Counted from the stretch's first letter, positions 45,676-55,327 are shown. The stretch: DNA of 64,000 nucleotides from an uncultured Christensenellaceae bacterium (GCA_964510055.1 CAZDZY010000002.1:859-64858), one strand, 5' to 3'. The notes: a model not told the origin generated them from the letters alone. Numbers and translations: made by a program.

Positions 45676-48585
45676 TTATCCTGAATACCGCCAGCGCCTT
45701 ACGAATATCACCATGAGCACAGCCGCCGTGACCATGAGCGCGCCTACCGCTACCCACAGCCATGCGGGCGTACCCGTTTTACCGGTGTTTGCCGCCATCA
45801 TCGCGACTTCCTCGTCCGTTATCGTTATTGTGTCCGTTAGCGTCGTGCCGTCGGCCAGCCTGAACGTTATCTTATAATCCCCGGCTTTAACGTTATCCGA
45901 AAACTCGAGCTTCAGCGTGCCGTTCGGATTCACCGACGCTTTTCCGCCCTCGAAAGTCACCTCTACTATATCGAGGCCCCCGGTGTTAACTACCGCGATG
46001 GGTTTGCCGTCCTGCGCGCCAGCTCCCGTAATTACGAGCGACGCTTTATACTGGGCCGTTATCGTTATATCCGCAGTAACGCCTGTAAACGCTTTATCCC
46101 ATCCGGTGAAGGTATAGCCTTGCCTTGCCGGGTCGGCGGGCGAAACCGCGTCTTTGCCGTTTTCCACATCCTGCTCGTCTATTACGGCCCCGTCATAGTC
46201 GACAAACGTCACTTTAAACGTGTGCGCCTTATACTGCGCCGTAAATTTGACAGTACCTGTTATCTTTGTATAATCGCCGTCCCAGCCGCCAAATGTATAC
46301 CCTTCCCTTACAGGGTCTGCGGGCGGGACCGCGCCGAGCCCGTATATCACATTCTGCGTCTTGAGCTCCGTACCGTCGTAATCGGCGAATGTAACTTTAT
46401 AAGTATTTATATCGTATTTCGCCTTTATTGTGACCGCCGTGGTTATATCATCGTAATCGCCGCTCCAGCCGCTAAAAGTATACCCGTCCCTTTCCGGGTC
46501 TTCCGGCGGCTCGGCATCGGAGCCGTAGGCCACGTACTGCGTCTTTAAAACGGTTCCGTCGTAATCCTTGAACGTTACCTTGAATTTGTTCAGCGCGAAT
46601 TCGGCCGTAACGGTTTTATTTTCCGTAACATTCGTATCCGTCCTGTAAGAAGCAACTTTTCCGTCGCTCCATTTGACGAAATGATAATTCTCGTCGGGCA
46701 CAGCTATCACCTGCGTACCACTGCCGCCGTATTCTACGCTTTGGTCCGTGTCGCCCGTCAGGCTGCCGTGCTGGCCTGCCGAATATTTAAGAGTGTAATA
46801 ATTTATCTCGAATATAGCCGTTACGCTGATATTGCCCGCAACCGCGGTGTCCTGCCTTACCGCATTCGTTTTGCCGTCGCTCCATTTAACGAAATGGTAT
46901 CCGAACACCGGCTTTGCCGTTACCGCCGTTCCGTTACCGCCGCGCGCTACAGTCTGCGCAGCAGAGCCTTCGATCGTGCCGTTTCCTCCCGACAGGTATT
47001 CAAGCGTGCATACGTCAAGGGCAAATTCCGCGGCTGCGTTTATATTATCCGTGACCCCAATGTCCGTCCTGGCAGCTTCCGTCTTTCCGTCGCTCCACTT
47101 GACAAACAGGTATCCCGCAGCGGGAACAGCTTTTACCAGAGGGCCTATCCCCATATAGTTTACGCTCTGCTGATATTCGGACAAGCCGGTCTGGGCGCCG
47201 ACTGTCAGCGTACCATTCGTTCCGGCAGTATATTTTAAGGCGTATGCGTTTATTGCGAATTCGGCAGTTACGCTGATGTTCTGTACGCTTGTATCAGTCC
47301 TTGCCGCTTCCGTCTTGCCGTCGCTCCACTTAACGAAGTGGTACCCCGTATTGGGGACCGCAGTTACCTCAGGGCCGCTTCCCATATAATCTACGCTCTG
47401 CTGATATACGGACAGGCCGGTCTGGGTGCCGACTGTCAGCGTTCCGTTTCCGTCCGTGCGATAATCCAGCGTAAACGTATCTATCGCGAATTGCGCCGTT
47501 ACGCTTATATTGCCCGGAGCAGTGTCCGTCCTGTTTGCGGTCGTTACGCTGTCGCTCCAACTGTTGAAATGATAATGCGTATCGGCCACCGCCGTTACCT
47601 CAGCGCCGTTTTCCCCCGCGGCGACCTGCTGCACGAATGCGCCGTTATACGAGACGCCGCCGCTCTCAAGGTGCCCGTGCTCTCCGGGAATATATGTGAG
47701 CGCCGTTTTTGTCGTAAAATATAAACTCGTATCGCGGACCCTGCCGCCCGGGAGCCCTGACCATTCGCCGGTAAATATATCGCCGTAAATATATACGGAA
47801 TACATCTCGTTGTTCGCCAGGCTCTGCGCCGGTATCTTTACGCTGGCAGATACGCCCCCCGCTATTACCAGATCCGTAACTGGTATATTCTTATCTACAC
47901 CCCAGGTGCTTGTCTCCGCGTTAAACTTCAATATTTGAATATTAGTAGACGGATCCGCATTCAGCGAAACGGGTTGATCGAAAATAAGGTATATCTCAGC
48001 GTTCGGGTCGACGTTCGCCGAGCCCGAAGCGGGCAGCATCGACTGCACCGAAGGAGCGGCGTAACTTTTAGCGGTCATGAACGTCCAGCACCCTGCCAGA
48101 TCTGTACTTATAGGGCCGTAAGAAGACGGGTAATCTGTTCCGGGATATCTGTTTCCAAGCGCATCCTCCGCATAACCTGTGTTGTCGCCAACGGTATTGT
48201 CCGGCCCCGGCAGCATTATGCCGTACACGGTATTCGTATTAAGCCCGGCGGCTAAAACGGTGGGCAAAGAAAACGAGAGCGTATTGCCGCCCGATACCGC
48301 AACGTCAGTACAGGGGGCGCTGGACGACACCCATGAACTCTCTACCGGATCGTACCAGTATATAAAGGGCATATAACCTGCCGACAGCGTTACGGTCTCA
48401 TCGAAAGTAACGGTGAATACCCTGCCGCTGCCTGCCAGCACGCTGGAAGCCCCGCCCGCAGGGTCGCTCGATGTTACTGCTACAGGGCCTGTCGCCTTCG
48501 CATCACGAGGCGCGGGCAATACCGCTAGCACCATCGCTATAAGAAAAGCCGATAGAATAAACAACGTCAGTTTCGATCTCTTCAT
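45676..48585 (-). CDS. Large surface protein: Ig-like domains plus InlB B-repeat / Listeria-Bacteroides (Flg_new) repeats, C-terminal TM anchor
   Basis: 969 aa with a signal peptide. About five units of type HYHF(N/V)(S/K)WSD...TA(Q/E)FA(I/L). Three or four units of type VTF.DYDG..LK.Q.V.YG..A..P.DP.R.GYTF.GW. C-terminal TM WLWVAVGALMVTAAVLMVIFV followed by RRWR. Confidence 0.8.
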   Translation of the reverse strand: MKRSKLTLFILSAFLIAMVLAVLPAPRDAKATGPVAVTSSDPAGGASSVLAGSGRVFTVTFDETVTLSAGYMPFIYWYDPVESSWVSSSAPCTDVAVSGGNTLSFSLPTVLAAGLNTNTVYGIMLPGPDNTVGDNTGYAEDALGNRYPGTDYPSSYGPISTDLAGCWTFMTAKSYAAPSVQSMLPASGSANVDPNAEIYLIFDQPVSLNADPSTNIQILKFNAETSTWGVDKNIPVTDLVIAGGVSASVKIPAQSLANNEMYSVYIYGDIFTGEWSGLPGGRVRDTSLYFTTKTALTYIPGEHGHLESGGVSYNGAFVQQVAAGENGAEVTAVADTHYHFNSWSDSVTTANRTDTAPGNISVTAQFAIDTFTLDYRTDGNGTLTVGTQTGLSVYQQSVDYMGSGPEVTAVPNTGYHFVKWSDGKTEAARTDTSVQNISVTAEFAINAYALKYTAGTNGTLTVGAQTGLSEYQQSVNYMGIGPLVKAVPAAGYLFVKWSDGKTEAARTDIGVTDNINAAAEFALDVCTLEYLSGGNGTIEGSAAQTVARGGNGTAVTAKPVFGYHFVKWSDGKTNAVRQDTAVAGNISVTAIFEINYYTLKYSAGQHGSLTGDTDQSVEYGGSGTQVIAVPDENYHFVKWSDGKVASYRTDTNVTENKTVTAEFALNKFKVTFKDYDGTVLKTQYVAYGSDAEPPEDPERDGYTFSGWSGDYDDITTAVTIKAKYDINTYKVTFADYDGTELKTQNVIYGLGAVPPADPVREGYTFGGWDGDYTKITGTVKFTAQYKAHTFKVTFVDYDGAVIDEQDVENGKDAVSPADPARQGYTFTGWDKAFTGVTADITITAQYKASLVITGAGAQDGKPIAVVNTGGLDIVEVTFEGGKASVNPNGTLKLEFSDNVKAGDYKITFRLADGTTLTDTITITDEEVAMMAANTGKTGTPAWLWVAVGALMVTAAVLMVIFVRRWRYSG

Positions 48586-48841
48586 AGGAACTCTCCTCCC
48601 ACATACAACATTCAGGCAAACACCATAAAAGAGTGTGAAAACGGTATAGCATTAAATAATTCTACATTTATATATATAACCCTTTTCTTTTATGTAAATC
48701 CTTTTTTATTGCGCCGCAACAGCCTGCTATTCGCGGCAGTACCAATATTTAGACGCAGAAACGGGCAATACTGTTCCCTCCGTCTGGCCTCTCTGGTAAA
48801 AAAAGAACGCTCTTAAGGCTTTTTTGGCTGTATTTATTATA

Positions 48842-50248
48842 TTACCGGCAGCCCGCAGGGGAGCCGGCCTCCGTTTCTGCCGAAAGCTTTGTACCTTCAT
48901 CCCGCTCAAGCCTGCCAAGGTGCCTTAAGAACGATACGCTCATCAGTACCGCGGCGACCGTACTTATAAGATCCGCCCCCGGCTGCGCGTAAACGAAACC
49001 GTCAAGCCCGAACAAATAGTCAAGCAGCACGAGCAGCGGCAGAAATGCGATAAGCTGCCTGCCCAGCGCAAGCAGCAGCGCTCTTACGGCCTTGCCCGTT
49101 GCCTGGAACGTTACCATAAACGTCTTCTGCAGCCCCACGAACGGCAGCCCCAGCGAGAATGCTTTTAAAAACTTCTCTCCCGCTGAAACAGTCTCCGGGT
49201 CGTTGTTTATGAACAGCCCCACGATCTGCCCGCCGAAAAGCTGGAATACAACCGTGAAAAACGCGGCAAGCAGCGTCGCGTACAACATCGTTATCTTTAG
49301 CCCGCTGCGCAGCCGCCCGTAATGCCTTGCGCCGTAGTTATACCCGGCGAACGGCTGGTAACCTTGCGTAAGCCCTATTATCAGCATTATGCACGTACTG
49401 TTTATCCTCTGGTTTATACCGAATCCGGCGACCACCTTGTCGCCGTACGCCGAAGCGAATATATTGCCCGCCATGAACGACGCGCTCATTATCAGCATGG
49501 AAAGCGCCGCGGGCAGCCCTATCTCGAATGCCTGCCAGTATATCCTTGCTGTAGGCCTGAAATCGGCGGGGGCTATCGACAGTACTGTCCTGCCCCGGGT
49601 AAAATGCAGTATATAAAACAGGGTGCCGAGGCCGTTGCCTATTACGGTGGCCCATGCCGCGCCTTCCACGCCCAAACCAAATACGAATATGAAGACCGGG
49701 TCGAGGATGATATTAGACCCGACGCCTATTATCATGCCCCACATGGCTTTGGCAGTTGCGCCTTCGCTCCGGACGAGGCCGGCCATAGCCACCTGCAGTA
49801 TAAGCAGCGGCCCGAAAGCTATGAGAATCGAAAAATAACCCAAGGTCGGCGCTAAAGTCTCGGGGCTCGTGCCGATGAGGCGCAGCAGAGGTTCGCGGAA
49901 CACGAACATAACAGCCGAGAGCACAGCGCCCCCGCCCGCAGCGGTATACGCCGCGACGGCGTTCGCGTGCCTCGCCTCTTCCATGTTGCCTGCGCCCAAT
50001 TGTCTCGATATATAGCTTGCCGCGCCGATCCCGAATATGTTTCCAAACGCGTTTATTACGAACACCAGCGGTATGGCGAGCGATATCGCGGCAACGAGGT
50101 CAGAATCGCCGAGCATTCCTATATAGAATGTATCCGTCAGATTATATAATATCTGCACGACCGCGGCCAGCATAGTTGGTACCGCGAGACGGATTATCGC
50201 GCTTTTTACGGGCGCTTTTCCCATCAGCCTCAGTTTTCTGTCGTCCAT
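48842..50248 (-). CDS. MATE family efflux transporter
   Basis: 468 aa, 12 TM. N-terminal LAVPTMLAAVVQILYNLTDTFYIGMLG signature. Confidence 0.85.
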   Translation of the reverse strand: MDDRKLRLMGKAPVKSAIIRLAVPTMLAAVVQILYNLTDTFYIGMLGDSDLVAAISLAIPLVFVINAFGNIFGIGAASYISRQLGAGNMEEARHANAVAAYTAAGGGAVLSAVMFVFREPLLRLIGTSPETLAPTLGYFSILIAFGPLLILQVAMAGLVRSEGATAKAMWGMIIGVGSNIILDPVFIFVFGLGVEGAAWATVIGNGLGTLFYILHFTRGRTVLSIAPADFRPTARIYWQAFEIGLPAALSMLIMSASFMAGNIFASAYGDKVVAGFGINQRINSTCIMLIIGLTQGYQPFAGYNYGARHYGRLRSGLKITMLYATLLAAFFTVVFQLFGGQIVGLFINNDPETVSAGEKFLKAFSLGLPFVGLQKTFMVTFQATGKAVRALLLALGRQLIAFLPLLVLLDYLFGLDGFVYAQPGADLISTVAAVLMSVSFLRHLGRLERDEGTKLSAETEAGSPAGCR

Positions 50249-50380
50249 TCAGTCCTTCCCTTTACAATAATTTTTATAAACTATATGTCCGATAAAATTT
50301 ATTGTCAAGCGGCTATCTTTTACCAGCCCGTCTTTTCAATGCATAAAAAGAACGCCTACCGGCGTTCCCTGTTTGCTTAT

Positions 50381-50569
50381 CTATTCAACCGTTATTACTT
50401 CCGTCGGGCAGCCTTCGGCGGCTTCCCTCGCCTCATCCTCGACCTCCTCGGGTATCTCGTCCACATATACTTCGGCAAGCCCGTCGTCCGCCATGCGGAA
50501 CACCTCCGGGCATGTAGCCGCGCACGCCTCGCACGCGATGCATCCGTCCCTGTCTATTTCAGCTTTCAT
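50381..50569 (-). CDS. Small ferredoxin (single [4Fe-4S]/[3Fe-4S] type)
   Basis: 62 aa. CIACEACAATCP...CP, acidic. Confidence 0.75.
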   Translation of the reverse strand: MKAEIDRDGCIACEACAATCPEVFRMADDGLAEVYVDEIPEEVEDEAREAAEGCPTEVITVE

Positions 50570-50676
50570 AACTAATCCTCTCCCTTTTATGATGATACCT
50601 ATTTTAACCTGCGGCAGGGAAAATATTCAAGTAACTTTGTCACACTATAAAAGCCTGCCGCGCTTGTTCAAGTTTT

Positions 50677-51861
50677 TCAAGGTATCCTGTCCGGGTACTT
50701 CTCTATTACTGTCTCGTCTTTCCATAGCTTCACAGCATCACTCCATGCGGTGGATTTTTTCTTTTCGAGTAATTCTGCTTTGATGGCGTCTTTCACTTCT
50801 TCAAAGGGTATAGGGCCGGCGGGGACATTGCCCACCCACTTCAGGATATGGTAGCCGTTCTCCGTGGCAACCAGGCCTGTCATATCGCCCACGTTCTTAA
50901 GCGCAAACGCTGCCTCTTTTAGTTCTGTATGAAAACTTGAGATGCAATCGCCCAATTCATATTCCGAATCCATGTAGAAATGATTCTCCTGGCTACCGAA
51001 CGGGCTATAAAACATCATCAGAACGTTCATGATCACGTCAAAATCTTCTCCGGCCCGCGCCTTAGCCAGCACTTCGTCGGCTTGCGCCTGTATCTTCGGC
51101 AGGTTCTCGTTTATCAATTTCTTTAATTCATCTTTTTCTTTATAGGGCCCCGTTAATGTTTGTTCTAAAACGTCATGGGGAAACGGGATCATAATATGCT
51201 TGACCACGCGGAACTCCTCAGGCCTGTACACGATTATCGTATAGTTTACCGGATAGCACTCTTTGTCGAAAACATATTTAGACGTCTGGTACGAGCCGGG
51301 ATTCTGGGTGTATCTGTCCTCCTGTTCTGCCAGCAAAGACTCATATCTCTCTTCAACTTCGGCGTCCGTAATAATTATATTCTTTGAGATTTCCTCTTTC
51401 AGCAATTCACTCGCTTTCTTCTCCGTCTCTATCCGGATAAGGTCTTCCTTTGAAACGCCGGCCTGCTTAAACCTGGCGGCATTCATTTCATAATACAATT
51501 CCGCCATGGCTATCGCGACTATTCTATCCTTCTCCGAAAGCGGATAGAGACCCATCTCTTCTGCCTTCTGCAGGAAGAGCTTTGAGTTTATACAATAATC
51601 AAGCGTACTGGAATTCATTTCACTAATACTCTCACCGCCTAAAACACTCTCATAGGCGGCGCGGGAAGACCCGTTTATTATGATCCAGGTATAATCGACC
51701 CCAGCGTTCACGTCTTTCAGTGTTATGGTCTCTTCGCCTACTCTGCCCACCACGGTATCGAGCGGTGTGAGCCACCGTCGTATGGTTCTTCCGAAAATCA
51801 GGTATATGATTGCAAGTACGCAGACAGCCAGGATCGATACCTTTATGATTTTTTTGACCAT
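50677..51861 (-). CDS. Peptidyl-prolyl isomerase, PrsA/SurA-like (parvulin domain), membrane-anchored
   Basis: Start at MVKKIIKVSILAVCVLAIIYLIF. The parvulin-like segment is VKHIMIPF...GYHILKW. Confidence 0.65.
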   Translation of the reverse strand: MVKKIIKVSILAVCVLAIIYLIFGRTIRRWLTPLDTVVGRVGEETITLKDVNAGVDYTWIIINGSSRAAYESVLGGESISEMNSSTLDYCINSKLFLQKAEEMGLYPLSEKDRIVAIAMAELYYEMNAARFKQAGVSKEDLIRIETEKKASELLKEEISKNIIITDAEVEERYESLLAEQEDRYTQNPGSYQTSKYVFDKECYPVNYTIIVYRPEEFRVVKHIMIPFPHDVLEQTLTGPYKEKDELKKLINENLPKIQAQADEVLAKARAGEDFDVIMNVLMMFYSPFGSQENHFYMDSEYELGDCISSFHTELKEAAFALKNVGDMTGLVATENGYHILKWVGNVPAGPIPFEEVKDAIKAELLEKKKSTAWSDAVKLWKDETVIEKYPDRIP

Positions 51862-51926
51862 TTCGTTACCCCTTATTAAATTTAGCGGTTGTGGTTTACC
51901 CGCTGCCGCCACCACCTTATTAAAGC

Positions 51927-53081
51927 TCAGTCCGTTTCCTTTATTTCCGCTATGCCGTCCTTATAAACGATATGACTCCATGCTTCTTTCGCGTCTTCGT
52001 CCGATAACTTTTGCGGCCAGAGGCTTTTTCCGTCAACTATTTCTTTCGCTTCCTCCAGCGATATCCCGTCGGGAAGCACGCTGTCAGGGTTCAATGCGTT
52101 ATAAGCGTTTATCGCGGTCGCTATATTGCTTGCGTTAGCAAGTGTTAACGACTCTTCGTTCCCGGCCTGTCCCTGCTCCTGTTCCTCTCTCAGCCCCTGG
52201 GCAGCCTCCTCCGCCTCCCGGGTAAGCATTGCTATCCCATCCTTATAATCTATCAGCTTCCAGGCCGCTCCCGCGTCCTCGTCCGATAACTTTTGCGGCC
52301 AGAGGTCTTGTCCGTCAACTATTTCTTTCGCGTCTTCCAGCGTTGTATTGTCTGGAAGCACACTATTGGGATTCAAGGCATTATACGCGTTTATTGCGGT
52401 CGCTATGTTGGCTGCGTTTTCAATATCCGCTTCGCTTATTACATCCGGCGCTGCTGAGACTTCCGCTATGCCGTCCCTATAATCGATCAGCTTCCAGGCC
52501 CCGCTTGCTTCCCCGTCCGATAACCAACGCGGCCAGAGGCCGTCCGCGCCAAGAGTTTCTTTTACTCCTTCCAGCGTTACGCCGTCGGGAATCACGCTGT
52601 TCGGCCTTAAGCAATTATAAGCGTTAACAGCGGCAGCTATGCTGCTTGCCGCATATCTCAACGCATCTGCGTCTCCGGTCTGTCCCGACTCATCCTCCAA
52701 ATCTTTAAGCGCCAGCCATGCTTCCGCCGCCTCCCGTGACACTTGCGCTATATCATCCTTATAGGCGACAAGTTTCCATGCGGCTTTCGTTTCCTCACCC
52801 GTTAACCTCTGAGGCCAGAGCAGTTCACCCACGGTTTCCTTCGCTTGTTCGAGCGTTATGCCGTCGGGAAGCATGCTATTGGGGTTCAAGGCATTATAAG
52901 CGTTTATTGCATTAGCTATGCTGTCTGCGTTTTCAATATCGGCTTCGCTTATTACATCCTGCGCTGCTGAGACTTCCGCAGCCGACGCCGATGGTGTTTC
53001 ATATCCTCCCTGCAGGCTTTTACACCCCGCGGCTCCAAATACCAATATAGCAGCAATCATAACAACAAAAGCTTTTTTCAT
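51927..53081 (-). CDS. Lipoprotein with four tandem copies of a ~70-aa 'NAYN...LWP...AWK' domain
   Basis: Lipobox FGAAGC. Four repeats of I(A/T)(N/T)AINAYNALNPNS(V/M)LPD..TLE.AKE.V....LWPQ(K/R)L(S/T).E(D/E)...AWKLI.YKDGIA. Confidence 0.65.
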   Translation of the reverse strand: MKKAFVVMIAAILVFGAAGCKSLQGGYETPSASAAEVSAAQDVISEADIENADSIANAINAYNALNPNSMLPDGITLEQAKETVGELLWPQRLTGEETKAAWKLVAYKDDIAQVSREAAEAWLALKDLEDESGQTGDADALRYAASSIAAAVNAYNCLRPNSVIPDGVTLEGVKETLGADGLWPRWLSDGEASGAWKLIDYRDGIAEVSAAPDVISEADIENAANIATAINAYNALNPNSVLPDNTTLEDAKEIVDGQDLWPQKLSDEDAGAAWKLIDYKDGIAMLTREAEEAAQGLREEQEQGQAGNEESLTLANASNIATAINAYNALNPDSVLPDGISLEEAKEIVDGKSLWPQKLSDEDAKEAWSHIVYKDGIAEIKETD

Positions 53082-53181
53082 ACGCCCTCCAAAAAATATT
53101 ATGACCCTATACTACCACAAAACGACATTTTTCTCAAACTTCTGCACTATTGCCCGGACGATTACCAGTAATATTTTCTGC

Positions 53182-53784
53182 TTATATCCTTATATTCCTT
53201 ATCACTTTGTCGGCTATGTCGAGGCAGTCTCCCCCGCCTATCTGCCCGAACGCGATAAGCACCGCTATGCCGTGCACTAATCCCCAGCTGCTTACTATCA
53301 GTTCTTCGGCGCTTCGTCCTTCATTGATGTTGGCTTCTTTATACTGCTTTACAGCGTTGAAAAACGTAGCAAACGGATGACCGTCTTTGTAATGGTTTTC
53401 TTCCTCGCACGCTTTTCCGCCGTATTTCTGGATGTTGCTTAAAAACAGCAGCTTTAAATATTCGGGGTTTTCCGCAAAAAAATGGACATAAGCGACTCCT
53501 ATCTCGCTGAGCATTTTTTTCGGGTCTGTTACCTTTGCGGCGGCATTGGCGAGGCTCGCGTTAAACTCCCCCAGCGCGTGCGCCGTTATTGCAGCTATAA
53601 GCTCGTCCTTGTCCTTAAAATGGCGGTACGGAGCCGTCTGGCTCACGCCGCACGCCTTGGCGGCTTTGCGCAGCGAAAATCCCTCATACCCTTCCTTAAC
53701 AAATATCTTCAGCCCCTCTTCTATGAGTTCGCTTTTAAGGTCTCCATGATGATAATTTTTTTCCGTCAATTTACACTCTCCCAT
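53182..53784 (-). CDS. TetR/AcrR family transcriptional regulator
   Basis: NYHHGDLKSELIEEGLKIFVKEGYEGFSLRKAAKACGVSQTAPYRHFKDKDEL. The start is either the ATG at 53784 or the TTG at 53769 (GGGAGAG RBS). The track start at 53835 would run through a hairpin. Confidence 0.8.
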   Translation of the reverse strand: MGECKLTEKNYHHGDLKSELIEEGLKIFVKEGYEGFSLRKAAKACGVSQTAPYRHFKDKDELIAAITAHALGEFNASLANAAAKVTDPKKMLSEIGVAYVHFFAENPEYLKLLFLSNIQKYGGKACEEENHYKDGHPFATFFNAVKQYKEANINEGRSAEELIVSSWGLVHGIAVLIAFGQIGGGDCLDIADKVIRNIRI

Positions 53785-53826
53785 AAAATTCTTAGCATTT
53801 TCATGGCTTCCCCTTGAGGGGAAGCT

Positions 53827-53880
53827 GTCAGACACTAGATTGCCAACCCAAAAGAAAAGACCCGCAATCTAGTGTCTGAC
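53827..53880. repeat. Perfect 17-bp inverted repeat with a 20-nt spacer
   Basis: GTCAGACACTAGATTGC (53827-43) and GCAATCTAGTGTCTGAC (53864-80). Flanked by an 8-bp hairpin (53806-25) and a 7-bp hairpin (53882-917). Confidence 0.9.
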
Positions 53881-54029
53881 TGATGAGGTGTTGCTAATGT
53901 GATTACAATCCCTCATCCGATGCTTTGCGCCGCCTTTTTCCGAGGGGGAAGGCATTATTTTTTCATAGCTAAACCATCTATATCTGGGTAAAGCCTGGTT
54001 TTTGTACAGCAAATAAATTATAACATAAC

Positions 54030-54078
54030 ATGTTGACACTGTAAACATTACATGCTATTATGTTGACACTGTAAACAT
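54030..54078 (+). promoter_or_regulatory. Promoter with duplicated 19-nt operator (likely TetR site)
   Basis: ATGTTGACACTGTAAACAT occurs at 54030-48 and again at 54060-78 (30-nt period), and each copy is 16/19 self-complementary. The first copy contains the -35 TTGACA (54033-38); after a 17-nt spacer comes TATTAT (54056-61). The second copy covers -10/+1. Confidence 0.7.
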
Positions 54079-54092
54079 AAAGGAGAATATTT

Positions 54093-54650
54093 ATGAAAGC
54101 GTTTTTAATTTCCGACGCTGAGTACAAGACGCCCGTGTTCGAGCGGCTGAACTCTCAGCTGAAGGAATACCTTGCAGCCAAAGGCTACGATATCGAAGAA
54201 ACAGCCGTAGGCCGCGACAGACTTGCGTTTTGCAAAGGCTGCTTCGGGTGCTGGGTAAAAAAGCCGGGCGAATGCGTCGTAAGCGACGATATAGGCCGGA
54301 TCAACCGCACATATATAAACAGCGACCTCACCGTGTATCTCTGCCCCGTGGTCTTCGGCCAGTTCAGCGCAAACATCAAAAACGTGCTTGACCGCTGGCT
54401 GCCCAACATACTTCCGTTCTTCATCGTGCGGAAAGACGGCTCTACTATGCACCCGGCGCGATACAGCAGTTACCCCATGCAAATGTTTATCGGCTATGGT
54501 GACCGGCTTGACGATGAGGATAAAAAGCTGTTTCTGGACATTATCAACAATCACAGAAGCGATGTCGAGGCGTTCGTGTACGCAGACGGTACGGAACTTC
54601 GCGAAACACTTAATGGCTTTAAGTATCAAAGAGCGGGAGGAAAGTTATGA
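54093..54650 (+). CDS. Flavodoxin-like fold NAD(P)H-dependent FMN reductase family protein
   Basis: 185 aa. AAGGAG RBS. CKGCFGCW...PGEC is the pattern seen in iron-sulfur flavoprotein / NADPH-dependent FMN reductase relatives. Confidence 0.6.
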   Translation: MKAFLISDAEYKTPVFERLNSQLKEYLAAKGYDIEETAVGRDRLAFCKGCFGCWVKKPGECVVSDDIGRINRTYINSDLTVYLCPVVFGQFSANIKNVLDRWLPNILPFFIVRKDGSTMHPARYSSYPMQMFIGYGDRLDDEDKKLFLDIINNHRSDVEAFVYADGTELRETLNGFKYQRAGGKL

Positions 54651-55321
54651 GTAAACAAAATAGAAACGTTGTAATAATAAGCGCCAGCCCGAAGGTCGGC
54701 GAGCCTTCCGCTTCTGAGCTGCTCGCCGGTATGGCGGGAGAAGCGTTTTCGGATAACGCCGATGTATCCATTATCGGCGTCCGTAAAAGCTTTTCGGGCA
54801 GACAGAACGAAAAAAACTTCGATATCATGCTCAGGGCAGATGCGCTTATATTCATTTTCCCGCTTTATATCTTCTGCCTTCCCGGTATGCTTGTACGCTT
54901 CCTGCAGGACTACGCCCTGTACCGGCAGCAGCATCCGTCGTCGCTCAGCCCGAAGGTATACGCAGCCGTGAACTGCGGCTTCCCCGAAGACTGGATAAAC
55001 GAAGAAGCTGTGCGGGTGATAAAGAGCTTTTGCAAACACACGGGCGCGCGCTTCCGGTTCGGTATCCTCATAGGCGCAGGCGGTATGCTGCACGCCGCCA
55101 AAGACGCGCCTTTCATGAAAAAGACGGTATCGGCTATGAACGAAGCTTTCGAAGCGGCCGCGGCCGATATCGCGTCCGATGCGCCTCATGAAAACTTCCG
55201 CATCAGGGCGAACTTCCCCCGCAGGCTGTACTACTTCATGGGCAACTGGGGGTGGCATCAGCAAGCAAAGATCAACGGGCTTAAAAAGAAAGACCTGTAT
55301 GCAAAGCCGTATCTGCAGTAA
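54647..55321 (+). CDS. Flavodoxin-like fold NAD(P)H oxidoreductase family protein
   Basis: 224 aa. ATGA overlap with the upstream gene. VVIISASPKVG...ADALIFIFPLYIFCLPGML. Confidence 0.55.
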   Translation: MSKQNRNVVIISASPKVGEPSASELLAGMAGEAFSDNADVSIIGVRKSFSGRQNEKNFDIMLRADALIFIFPLYIFCLPGMLVRFLQDYALYRQQHPSSLSPKVYAAVNCGFPEDWINEEAVRVIKSFCKHTGARFRFGILIGAGGMLHAAKDAPFMKKTVSAMNEAFEAAAADIASDAPHENFRIRANFPRRLYYFMGNWGWHQQAKINGLKKKDLYAKPYLQ

Positions 55322-55327
55322 AGGAAT

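Noticed and set aside
45676-53081. Periodic DNA repeats considered as possible CRISPR-like arrays
   Set aside because: The repeats are in-frame protein repeats (InlB-B/Flg_new units and lipoprotein domain units). They have no short invariant repeat/unique spacer organisation and no cas genes nearby.
54105-55264. 174-aa and 212-aa minus-strand ORFs
   Set aside because: They are antisense to the two overlapping flavodoxin-like genes. Those genes sit behind an explicit promoter/operator/RBS and end at a strong terminator.
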